Part shown: piece after piece, positions 12,777-25,228 of the stretch
How positions within the stretch are numbered: position 1 is the first letter of the stretch
Layout: the number at the start of each line of letters is the position of its first letter
Assembly (NCBI RefSeq): GCF_022539665.2
Contig: NC_081333.1
Coordinates: 11,532,001 to 11,596,000 of the forward strand
Direction of reading: 5' to 3'
DNA: 64,000 nucleotides
Origin: Daphnia carinata
Lineage: Eukaryota
Position numbers and translations under genes: made by a program
Notes under the pieces: model-generated
What the model was told of the DNA's origin: nothing
The model's input: the letters and a program-made list of their open reading frames with translations, nothing else
Databases searched by the model: none

Positions 12777-15700
12777 ATGTCTGACGAAGAAGAGTACTCG
12801 TAAGTTTTGAATTTCTTGCCCTCTTTCTATTAGCGCGTTTACCCTAACGAAGTTGTTCCAAACTGTCTGTATTTTGGCGACCTGTACGGCCATGTGTGTA
12901 ATAGGGGATCAAAAGTTCTTTTGCCCATAGTCGGACATGGAAGCCTTGTACCCGCGTTCCAACAACTGCGCGTCGGCTATATTTAAACCGTGCTAAGCTT
13001 AGCAGCCGCAACCCAATTCTTTCCTATATTCATTCCCGTCTGCTCCCGCTACCCACTCCCTCCTACCCAAACCCCCACGTACGCAGTCCACCTTTCTCGT
13101 TGGCCGTCTTCCTTTGCCTTTGCGTTTATTTCCATACACTGAGGCGGGTTATCTAAGCAAATGGCTGCCCCGTTAGATGCCAACACCACCTTTTCAGTTG
13201 GACATGTACCTAAAATGATTTCACAAGTCGTTAATACTACACATGTAGGCTCGTTCTGTGTTTTTGTTTTAGTATGTACTTAATAGCTGTTTATATACGG
13301 TGATCTAATTTTTCTCTTCTTTCTTTTTTGTGTGTCTTTTTCATGATACCCGGACGAACAGTGATGAGGAGGAGGTGTAAGTCATCATTTTTCTTCTTAT
13401 CATTTTTTTTAATGTTAAAAAAAAATTGGTTATCGCATACATATACATTGTTGTTTAGCAAAACATATGTTTTGTGCTAAGTTCAGTCTGATGACTGTCA
13501 GTAATGATTCAGCATATCAGTGTTTGGGAGGGCGTGAGAAAAAGGGCAGAGGGCGGACGCGTTCAACTGGATCGACATTACGAGGCACCGTGATTAATTT
13601 CGATAACACTTTTCTTTTTCAGTTCTCGCATTTATTTTAAATTCTGAATTTTCTTTTCCTCTTGGTCTATAACCTAACAGTTTCACGTTTTTACTCACCG
13701 CTAAATTCATCTGTAAATGTGACGGCTATTGAGTTCAAGTTCAAACAATTTCACTCTCGCAACAACCAAGGCTTGAAATTTCTTTTTTTGGTACTCACCT
13801 CAAATCATTCTGCAGTCTAAATGCTATCCAGATCTTTCAACTGCTTTTTTCTCCGATGATTCAATTACCAAACAGCGCCATTTTATTTAATAACTACGAC
13901 ATTTAACCGCGTTAACATGCCGATTTCGTTTTCACGCAACACTACTTTTCTTAATGCTTAATCTTAAAGAAGCCTGATTGCCAAATAATGGATTTGAATG
14001 CTTTCTCCTCATTCTTTCTTTCTTTTCTGTTTGTCTTGTCCTTTTCTTATTTCTTTTTTTCAGGTCCAAGTAAGCCGTCGTCTCTGTCTTTTTTCAGAAC
14101 AACAACGTGACCGTATCGTTAAATGATATCTCTATATCGTATACCTTGTACAGTAGGCTATTAAGTTAAACAGTTTTAAAGATAATTTTAGAGCAAAAAA
14201 AAATTATTAGTTAAACATAAGTACCTCATTCTCCTGAACCCTCCTTCGTAATTGACAAACATTTTCTTTTGGTTATCCTAAAAAGAAGAAGATTACTTTA
14301 CAAATTGCAGGGACTTCACGATTGATAGTTCCTCATTGTGTAATGACTTGAACTCCTCCGTTGAAGAGACGTAATCATAATGTAATTTGAATTAGCAAAA
14401 ATTCCAAAATTACGAGTAACGAACTCTGTTGGAACTAATTCATTTCCTACGATTCTCATTTTTTTAAATGAATTACTTTTCTACACTTGTCGTCAATCCG
14501 AAAGAGAATAATCCACCTGCATTATTAACTTATATATCTGACTCGCAAATTGCGAACTATTTTTAATTTTTTAAAATTTTCTCTTGTTTTTTTTTCTGAT
14601 TGGCTTTTTTCGTTTTAAATTAATGATTTTTTATTCCATTTATTCCTTTATAAAAATTACCCAAAACAAAAAAACAATACAAAAAAAAACAAAAAAACAA
14701 TACAAAACAAAACAAAAAACAAAAATCGCACGGCAGAAAGGAGCCCGAGAAGAAGTAAGTTCTTAAATCAGAAAAAAAAGCCATCACACACAGACACATA
14801 CATTCATACGTACACACCATAGAAACACGAGCCTATTGCACCGACACATTGCACTCCCTTTTTCTGTTACAGAAAAGAGGAAAGAACTCACTAATGCAGC
14901 GCTTGGCTTACCGCTTTTTATGATTAAATGGCGTACTACTTAATCGTGATTGTTTCACAGCAAAACGGAAAAGAAAAAAAGCTTTAAATGTTATGAATTA
15001 TTTTCTTACGTCCGAATCCTGTCCTATCCTTTACCTCAATCTCCAACTGATAAGTCTACCGAATATCAGCGATTCAATGTGGCGCGCTGTAATATTTTTC
15101 TCAAATTCATAATTTCTTTTCTTTCTTCTCTCTTGTTATTCATTTTTTTTTTATTCCACTACTCCTACACCGCTTGCCCTTCCATATTCCGTGACCACCC
15201 TGGGCCAATTTCTTGTGCGATGTAACTTGTGCTCAATGTCCCGTTACATATCTATCCTGTCGGTTCGTACCTCAGGAAACCCCACAAAAAGGGGTAAGTT
15301 AATTCAAAGGGCTGCTCCCCAAAAAACTATGAGTGAGCATGGTTGGTGTGGTGTAAACTTTGGTATTTTTTCTAATTTTTTTTTTGTTGGTTTTTGGAAT
15401 TTCCCCCACACTTCGGTTTCTGGGTTATAAGAAGACAAATTTATACTACAGGAGCGTTGTGCAATCCCGGTCTTCAGACGTCCCCTTATTATTTGAATTT
15501 TTTTCTGGGTTTGGTTTTCCTTACGTCGATCATCCCCCTATCATTTCCTTCCTAATCGTCCAAATATCATCCCTTTTAAAGTATTTTTTTTTTTAATCGG
15601 ACAAATAATTTTGCATGAATTTTGGCTACGGAAGCACTTCCCCGCTCTCTCTTCCTTTTGTTTTTATTGTTACTATTTTTTAAGGTGTGCTGCTCCTTAC

Positions 15701-18700
15701 GTTTGTACCGGTTTCTGTTGGATTTGGGCTTATTGGCCATGTGTGGTCGTTAATTTTTTTTTTAGAGCGTGTAGTTCTTGTATTGATTTTTTTTTTTAGA
15801 TCTTCCTACATTTTTGTTTTATTTTCTATTTATTTTTTCGCTCCCAAAAAGTACCTGAGTGTTGTCTCACTTTGATATATAGTCATGATCCCGTCAAAAA
15901 ACGGATGTCCTTGTGTAGTGAATGTGTGATTTGATGCGCGCTGAAGCCGAAACACATGAGAAAAAAATACCCCTCCAGAATAGAAACAAACAAACGAAAC
16001 ACCTCGATCGAACGAGGCTGTCCAGTCTGTTTGTCTAGAGAACGACGTGACGTCGTTCTTAGAAAATTCCTAGATTAATAGTAAATTGACACATCACAAA
16101 CACACTCATAGAAAAAAAAAATTGTTTAGACATTCAAATTATTCGTAGTGGATGATCTAATTTCCGTGCGTGTTTATCAGAGCTCCCGCTTCATCTGCTC
16201 ATCATGAAGATGAAGGACCCCAAGGTGCCGATGTCCTCAAGGTATTCACCTTACGTGACTGTCTTCGCGTGGAATTTGTAATTGATCAATTTGTTTGACT
16301 CGAATTGCAGCACCGTCAAGACCAGAAGCGAGCTGAGTTGGACGAGCAGCTCAAAGAGTACATCGCTGAATGGCGCAAGCAGCGCGTTAAGGAGCTGGAA
16401 GACCTTAAGCGTCTCAAGGAGAAACAGGCCAAGCGCAAGGTACGAGCATTTGTTGTTTTTACCTTGTTTCAATCCAGCGGATCTTGTCATGTTTTTCTTA
16501 ACCAGGTGCTGCGCGAAGAAGAAGACAAGAAATTGGCAATGATGAAGAAAGAAGAAGAAGATCGTCTTCGTCGATTGGTTGAGGAAAAGAAGCAAAGCGA
16601 GTTGGAGGAGAAACGAAGACGATTGGCTGAAGTTGAACAGAAACGACAAGCTGCCGACAAAGTCTCGAAGGTAATTTATAACTATTGATTACATTAAATG
16701 ATTCAACAGAAAGGAACGCCATTGCAATATACGTTGATTTTATAGGACAAGGCTGCCATCAGCTCCAACTTCAAAGTCGTTAAGAAGGGAGCCGCCGATT
16801 CCTCCCAAGGCCAGGCGTCCACCGGTGGTATGGACAAAGTGCGTAATCATTCTATTCTTTTTCTATTTAAACATTACTAACAACTCTTTTATTTGTAAAA
16901 AAATAAATAAATAAAATGCACGTTTAGTTCTCCAACGTCGAGTCAGCCCGTAACGATTTGCTGAAATCCAAAGAACAGCTGGAAGAGGAGAAGAAAATTT
17001 CCCTTTCTTTCCGTATCAAACCCCTGGAAATCGATGGTCTTGGTACGTTTTGATCAATTTAATTTCCTATTTTATCCGTTTAAACACTGGGTTTTCGTTT
17101 TGAAATTGCAATGTCATCAGGTACCGAGGGTCTTAAAAAGAAGGCCGCTGAACTCTGGCAACAAATCGTTACCCTCGAAACTGAGAAGTACGATCTTGAG
17201 GAGCGCTCCAAGCGTCAAGACTACGATGTAAGATTTAAACGCTCTATTTCTTTTTTTGCAGTTGATTATTTAAATGGCGATGTTTCTTTTCTTACTAGTG
17301 GGGAAAAATAGTGTTTGCTATTGGGAGGGTGGTTCGGGATCGTTTTTATATTAGGTTACATGCATTGATGTATTTTACTTTGATTTCGGATGCTATCGAA
17401 TCTAGTTGAAAGAATTGAAGGAAAGGCAGAGGCAGCAGAACAGGCAAAAAGCCCTGAAACTTGGATTGGACCCTGAGTAAGTCCCGCGGGCTAATTTTGC
17501 CGTAGTAATCGTAGTGTAGTTGGATTTTGTAGTTGCGAGCAAAGGCATCTGAATGAGTCACTCGCCTACACCATCGTGTTAATATTTAAACCAAACATTG
17601 GTTTACACATTGGCAAATAAATAGGACGTAGTGGATTGTCCTGTCCCCGTTAGTACTGTTGATAATATACATTAAGAAATGTACAGAGCACCTAATAGAA
17701 TTATCTAAATAGAAGAGTTTTTAGATATTGCTTGATGTACATACAGTACCATTTCTAGTCTAGTTCATCCCATTTGCGGCGTTGTTTGGTAGTCTAATGA
17801 GTGATGACTAATTTTTCTTTCACCTTTTTTCAAATTCATTTTTATCGCCCATTCAAAATGATGATGTTAATTCACGCCGCTGCGTGTATCTTTGTAGCTC
17901 AAAGAGCTGAAAGAGAGGCAGAAGCAGCAACTTAGGCATAAAGCTCTTAAGAGAGGATTAGATCCTGAGTAAGTTCCGTCGTGGCCCTCTTATTTCTCAC
18001 TTGATTTCCATTATAATAACGGGCACATTTTATTATTTTCTTCAGTTTTTACATGATCTGCTGGCAAAATAACTGATCAGCTTTTTTTTTTTTTTTTTTA
18101 CTTATGTTCACTGTTTCGTATTTTTCTCGCGATTCGGTTCGTTCTTTTCTTTCGTTGAGCTTCTAAATTTTCAAAACTCATCAGATTATGGTTGCAAATT
18201 GGTCGTTTTCATCCGCGAGGACGTCGAATTTCTAAATAACTGCATGTGCGATTCAGTTTTTCTTTTCTTGCTCCCCTCCCCAATCGATTAATCTTACGTG
18301 CTTTAAAACACCCGCTTTACGTTAGCATGCGTTTTCCGTGTGTCTCTTTAATCATTTAATTTTTTTTTATGATCAGTTGAAAATGACGCTGCAATCAACT
18401 AATTATTGTTTTTCTTTAAACAGGGCTTTAACTGGAAAGTACCCGGTAAGTGATGATTTTCCATTTCTTTCGTAGTCAGTTCTTTTACAATTCACTTTAG
18501 TACGTAAAACTATCTGCGATAGATAAAAAGGACTATGCTATTGAATAAGTATTAGTTTAAGTTAATGCATAATGCACAACAGTTGAAGCCGTTGTTTTAA
18601 TTATATTCGCTAATCCCGTCTTTAAACACAAATCAACAACCATCGTGACACAGCCCAAAGTCAGATTGGCATCCAAGTTTGAGCGTCAGGTCGATCGGCG

Positions 18701-21700
18701 CACATTCGTCGACAAGAAGGGCCTTTACGATGGCGTAAGTGTTCCGTGGATTGCGACCGTCTCCTCCATTTTCCGCCCATCTTCCCACGCCGCTCCAATC
18801 TTTCTTTGAAACAAAAAGAGTCGAATCAATCCAAACGATCGTCATTTTCTACTGTCAGCCGCCAATTCTGATTTTCATCTTTCACTGCGGATATGCATCA
18901 GCTGATCTGACACACACGCCTTATTTGCAAACGCGGCGATACACTGCTACAGCACGCGTCCGTTCTAATGCACACACGCAACAAGAACAAACAATATTAG
19001 AATCTGCTGATTAATGTTGGTTTTCTTGACACTCAAAAAAAGCAAAACACGATCACGCGATCAAAACAAAAATTAAATAGCAGCTGAAACTCAAACGAAA
19101 CACACATACACTTTTAATACGGTACGTGTAGTAACTGCATCGAGACAAAGCAAGTTGTCTGCAACTATCCTCTTTGATAAAAACGACCCCACCCCTGACT
19201 TTTTTTTTCTGAATTTTTATATCCCACCCCTGTCAAACTACATTTGCATTGAAACAAGTTTGCCAGACCAGAGAGCAAACTGGAACTCAAAAAAAAACTA
19301 TCAGCCGATCGCTGCTGACCGATGTTAACGCAACCACCAAACATTCTGACCATCTCCCCCTTCTCCCTCCCACTCCCCCCCTTCGGAATAGAAAAAAAAC
19401 ATCCGTTCCTTCCTCCAAATATTTGCAAAATGGATACGTTTAGAAAGTGATCTTGACCAATCCCAGCATTTGAACGTAACGCAGTGAGATATAAATCGCA
19501 TGTTCTATATCGCCATGCCTCTACATCTAGTTACCAAAAAAAGACTGAGCAGACTTTACAGTTCGAACCCAATTTTAGTCCCTCGATCCTAGGCAGCAGT
19601 TCCAAGATCCTTTTCATTTACAAAAGGAATATAAAAAGAGACTCGGTTCCTTGGCGCTATACCTACTTAGCGATATTTATTTATGATTGAAATTAAGTAA
19701 AGGATGTAGTAGATTTATTCATTTACAATATTTGGGATTTGATTTTTTGAACGTACAAAACTGCCCAATTCTGATCCCCCACTGTTTTTCCACCATCCAT
19801 CGCTTGCTGCCCGGTATCTCGTTGAACCACACATCTCTAGCCTAAAATCCAACTGGCCTCGAAATTTGAGCGCCGTGTGGACCACAGGACTTACTCGGAT
19901 AAGAAGGGACTCTTCGCCGGTGTAAGTAACCCACCTTTCAATCCATCCATCCTCCAGAAAAAAAAAACAAAAGCCATTTTCATTTTTACAAGTTCTTTAT
20001 CTTAAAAAAAAAATCTTGTCCTGTCCTTTTTTTTTTTTTTTTTTTTTTTTGTTTAAATTCAGTCTACGTTTACTTTTGTTTTGTCGCTTTTTTTGGAATT
20101 TTTCTCAACGTTCGATCGTTGTTTTCCGAGGTTTTTATTGGCATTTTTTCTTTTCATTTGTGGCCGTTTTGGAGGTGTATCCCAACGTCTTCATCCAAAA
20201 ACAAAAAATTTTCCCATACCCACTCCCTGTTTCCGGATGATGTGTGCGGTCCCGTAATTCCCCCCATCATATTTCCCCACCGTTTTTTCCCCCGGAATTT
20301 GCATGCTGCTTTGATTTGGCACGGTTTGGCATGGCATGTACACTCAAATACGAAAGCGCTTTGATTCGGTTTTTGCCGTTTCTACTTATGCGTTTGATTT
20401 CTCAACACATCACTATCAGCAAGAATTTAATCATTGTTCTTTAGCTTGATTTGATCTTTTTTTTTTTCTTAATTTGTTTCGCTTTTCTCGTTTTTCTTCG
20501 TTTACAAAACGATCTTTGATCGAATTCGCGTCAGTGTTGACTGCTCTTTAAAAACAATCGTCATTTGTACCGTCCTTTGGACTGATTCGCTCTTTTACTG
20601 TTCATCGTTTCTTGCTGTCTTTTTTTTTTTATCTCTGTCTCATATTTAAATGTTTTACTTAATTTTTTTATTTAAACAAAATTTCATCGTCACACGTGGT
20701 CGTCGACACCGTCACATCTGGCCGAATTCAATTTTGAACACAAATCAAAAACAAACAAAAAATGTACACATAAAGGGATGGGACGTTATTATGAAGGACG
20801 GCGATGAAAAGAGCTGGTTGGAGAAGTACAACGAGTATACAACTCGCCCCAAGAGTAAGTCTTTGACGTCCATTGCGTCATCGATAACACGACTCTGCTA
20901 TGGTTTTCTGGACGGGGGAGCAAAAAGAGCCAAACACATCACAGAGCACATTTTTTAAAACCAAAATTTGTTGCTTTCACTGACGAAATTGTGCGATACT
21001 GCACATCTCACACGCTTTGCTTTTATTTCCATTTTTTTTTCGATTTAAAACCCTTGGCATTTGATTGATTTTTTTAAAGAATCTTGAAACGGGCGTGGGG
21101 TGTGTCTCATAATTGAAATAATGCAATTACGAGTCACCCTACAACTGATCAAAATGGTTAAGGTAAGCGACGGTGTCCCACAAAATCGATACAATCGAAC
21201 ACGTGTGACGAATTTTTCTTATCTCATTGTAATTATTTTCACAGATTTTATTTTTTTTTTTTCATTCTTATTTTCAGTCTGTATTTATCTTTCTGTCCGG
21301 CACGCGGTTCCTATATAACCTGACCAATCCATTTTTCATCATCCCTTAAAAAAAAAAAGCAAAATCCATTATTCCATTTCATTATCTAACTTTTGACACG
21401 AGGTCATCTCTAACCATACGGATTTGGTGGGTATCCATCGGCTTCTTTTTCTTTCTAGGGCTGGATTGCTACATATTCTGAAAGCGAAGAGAAAGCCTGG
21501 AAGGACAAATACGAGGCTTTCCAGACCCGCGAATACAAAGGTAAGTTTTTTCTATATTTTTTCAACCTTTCCTTTGTTCTCCCAGCCGGTTTTATTTGCT
21601 CGTATTGTGTATAATTGTCAGTCAGATTCACCTTGTAGCTTATAGCCGTGAATAGCAGAAGCTCTGCTATTGACAAGATGTCCTACTAGGTTTATACCAA

Positions 21701-22265
21701 TGTGATTGACCGTAAGTATACAATGAAAATGAGTTGACAGAGACAAATGAGAAACTGTCCTTCAATTCATCGTGTGCTGTGTTTGCCTGTGTTTCCTTGA
21801 AATGCTAACAATTTGTAAAATCACGATGCAAAACACTTCACAAATGATTGAGAATTGAAGTTTGTTAGACGTCTAATTAATGAAGTTTCTGCGGTGGGGC
21901 AATCGAACACCGTTAGAATGAGTGTTTTGTGTAGCTGCTGTTTTAATGCAAAGCTTGCTGGACAAAGAGAATTTTAAAGACAATCGTCTCTGATAGTGCT
22001 GTCTTGTGAGAAACGTTTACTAATAGTTGATTTGAACCCAACAGCCAAGCTCCCCAAATGGTTCGGTGAACGACCTGGCAAAAAGAAGGGCGAAACAGAC
22101 AGCCCAGACGGAGAGGAAGCCGAAGCCAAGGACACTTTGGATGATTTCATGGAAGCACCTCCACCTGCTCCCGTCGTAGAAGAAGAAGAAGAAGAGGAAG
22201 AGGAAGAGGAGGAGGAGGAAGAAGAGGAGGAAGAAGAAGAAGAGGAGGAAGAGGAAGAAGAATAG
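12777..22265 (+). CDS. TnT: Troponin T with microexons, three mutually exclusive exon pairs and a poly-Glu tail
   Basis: Exons 12777-12799, 13362-13376, 14064-14069, 14737-14754, 15276-15293, 16181-16241, 16311-16439, 16506-16670, 16746-16838, 16928-17042, 17121-17227, [17406-17476|17898-17968], 18424-18445, [18654-18734|19841-19921], [20776-20854|21459-21540], 22045-22265. Motifs MSDEEEY, LDEQLKEYIAEWRKQR, LETEKYDLEERSKRQDYD and KLPKWFGERPGKK. Confidence 0.96.
12977..12986 (+). promoter_or_regulatory. MEF2-like site in a troponin T intron
   Basis: CTATATTTAA matches YTA(W)4TAR, in the intron after the ATG exon. Confidence 0.4.
22179..22262 (+). repeat. (GAR)28 coding repeat, the troponin T poly-glutamate tail
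   Basis: 28 consecutive GAA/GAG codons before the TAG stop. Confidence 0.95.
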
Positions 22266-23114
22266 ATCTTAACTCTTCACCTTCGAATACCTGTCTCTTC
22301 CCTCTTTCGAATTGCTTCGTTTCGTATGTCAAATAATTCTGAAAAAAACGGACAACCTATTTCTGCCATTGTATCATTTATTGGTTTAACTTTTTTTCTT
22401 TGATTGGAATCTATCCCAACAATCCCCTCTGTTGTTTATTTTCTTTTTCCTTTTTTTTTGTTGGATTATTTTTTTTTCTCAATGGAGCCATTCTGATCGA
22501 ATCGAGAGAATCAACCATCTTCTATGCGAGAAAAACATCAGCAACAACCCAAAAAAGCGTAGTCGTCTCTTCTCTGGTCATCTTATAAGCCTATCCTACA
22601 CCTCCCTCTTATTGACTTTTTCTTGATCTTGATGTAACTATTATTATTCTATAGCTGTCTTTTCTTCTCTATCTTCTAGCCTTCACCATCTATTTTCTCC
22701 TTGTTACTAGGCTTGATTATGGTTGAGTTCACTGTGTGTTGCATATCTATCTTACCAAAAAAAGTTGTACGTTATACCGACATACACATGGCTGCCACTT
22801 ATTAATTGCATTATTTGTACCTCTTTTGAAACTGCACTTCGTTGTTCTATTTGCACTAGACCATAGTTTCAACTGGAATGCTGTTTACAATTGAGGTAAG
22901 ACAAATAACTCGTTAAAAAGTAGTGGTCCATTTTAACGCTAATTCCTATTGTTTGACACCAACATTTGTGTATTGCAGGACTTGCATGCCAAAACTAAAA
23001 AACGATGCAGTAGGAAAACCAACATTAATGTGTGTTCTACATTCGGCCGTGGGTGACCCAAACCAATGACGTACACTAGGACAGGTATTTCCTTTATATG
23101 ACTAATGTTATGTT

Positions 23115-25228
23115 TTACTTAGGCAATTTTCCTGTGGTAAATTTGAGAAATTTCAGGGATTGTCTTCGTTGAAGATGAAAGTAAACGACTTCAATGACGA
23201 AACTGGACAACGCGAAACCAATTCCAATGCCCAGAATGAAGAAAGCACTTGTCAAATCAACGAGCTTTATGGCTCTCTGACGTGCAGAATCTTTGTTTTT
23301 GACCAGGCACTTGTCGACCGATAACTGGAGGTTGTTTTTTAACCAGTAGATCATTAAACCTGTTTCCCATAGGTACTGCAACCTAAACAATTGAATGGAT
23401 TACGAACGTGCATATCAAAGCTAATGCATTGCAGTACTTCTCGCTGAACAGCTGATTGAATTTGTTGCCTTTCTGCAAGCCAAAAGTGTATAACTCCGTG
23501 ATTGGGACGCGATCGGTGACATGGAATCGGCATTCACCTTTCCTCCTCAAATCAATGTTGATCAAGTAAGACGTGTATGATTCCACCTGTAAGAGCATAA
23601 CGTAGAAATTGTTTCGAAACAGGTAAGACGGAGCTGTTGAAAACTTACCGTCGGGAAAGCATATTTCAAAGAAAATATGTTGTGCAAGCCCTTTTCAGGA
23701 GTCAGGAAAATACTATCTGGTTTTTGGCGCATCGCGTTTCCAATGGCCTTTAACGCACTTGAGTGTGCGTTCTGTTCGACAGTAATTGGTTCTAGCCCGT
23801 GCTACGATAGCCTATGTCTATCTGGTTCAAATTTTGAGATAATACTTACTAGCATAGTTTCAGCCATGACAGAATTGGCACTGGCCGTCATTGTCAACTC
23901 TTTGCTGGCAGCCAAATCTTCCAAAGAATTTATGGTAGCCTTAAATTTAGTCAGAGTCAACGAAGACATAAGAGTGCCGGAGTAGCAATTTACTAGCACC
24001 CTGTGTAATGCAATATTTTCACTATTACATTAAGGTTACCTTAAGGCATCTTACGGAGATTACGTATCTATCGGGACTAAATGGCTTCAAAAAAAAATTT
24101 TTACTTACGTAGCGGCCAATAACCACACTCCGGCTAGAATGCGAAAAGAATGCTGAGGGACGTTTATGGCTTGACCTGCGACATTGAATTTAAAAAAGAG
24201 AAAAAGCGTCCAATTTTTCCACGTTATCAGGTATGAAACAATACGCGATATGTAGATATACCTTGATTTGTACAAGTAGAAGCGATGTACATGGTATAGT
24301 TACCAAGTTTGGCACTTAGTATTTCCCAAGCGCCGTGACCGTGATCGGTTGGCAAAGAATTCCAACATGAATAGTACCAAGCAAAAACCGTGAATACCAC
24401 GAGGACGGAAATGAGGCTTATAAGCAGACATCCCCATGTCTATAGCAATTACAAATTTCAAGGCAGGCAGTGCATACCTCTTTTTAAAATAATCACTTAC
24501 TGAATATTGAAAAGGTCTCACAGGGCCAAAAAGACGGCTTTCCTCGCCAGGTTTAGGAACCAGAAGCTTGAAAGATTCAATAGCCACGGGATACGAGAAT
24601 TCCATGTGTTGCGTTCTGCAATTTGATACTTAAAAATCACTTTCATTTATAACGGAACATTCTCAAGAAATTTAGACCTTTCCAACGTCGGAACAATGCA
24701 AAGGGTTGAAATATCGACTTCCTACTTGTCAAAGTATTTTGTGATTAAACAACTTATACTAATTGTATGTTTTTTCATTTTCAGGTTACCTTTTTAATGA
24801 GCTGATTGAGGCCAGCTTGTACTGAACCTAATTTTGCACTCTCAGCACTGTCTACAGGGAAAAAAGTGTACCTGTGACAAAACAGACCCCCCACAATCTC
24901 AGGTTAAATAATTTTGTTTATGTAATTTTTTTTGTCTTACGTAAAATTAAATTTCTCTGCCATCCAGTAGATTACGTTAGGCGTGCTTCCGACGTAACGG
25001 AAGGTCTCATTGGCTCCATGGGTCAAAACCTGGTAGGGAGGAAACTGAAAATAATTCAACTTAGTTTACATCATCCAATAAAATTCTATTCGTAATTTCC
25101 TGAGACAGTATCTAACTCACATGGTGGGCAGACACTCGAAAGTAGGCGCCATTTAACCCATTGCGAATCGGCGAGAATGACAATGACGGATGAAACAGCA
25201 TGAAAATGGTAATTATCTTCCATTGCAT
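23115..25228 (-). CDS. Divergent ionotropic receptor (IR, iGluR-related chemoreceptor), multi-exon
   Basis: Signal-peptide-like start MQWKIITIFMLF..LNGAYFRVSAHH, then YWMAEKFNFT, MEFSYP..LLVPKP..RPFQ, RILAGVWLL, NCYSGTLMSSLT..INSLEDL, LWETGLM.YW and IKLVDLTSAFFILGIG. Confidence 0.88.
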
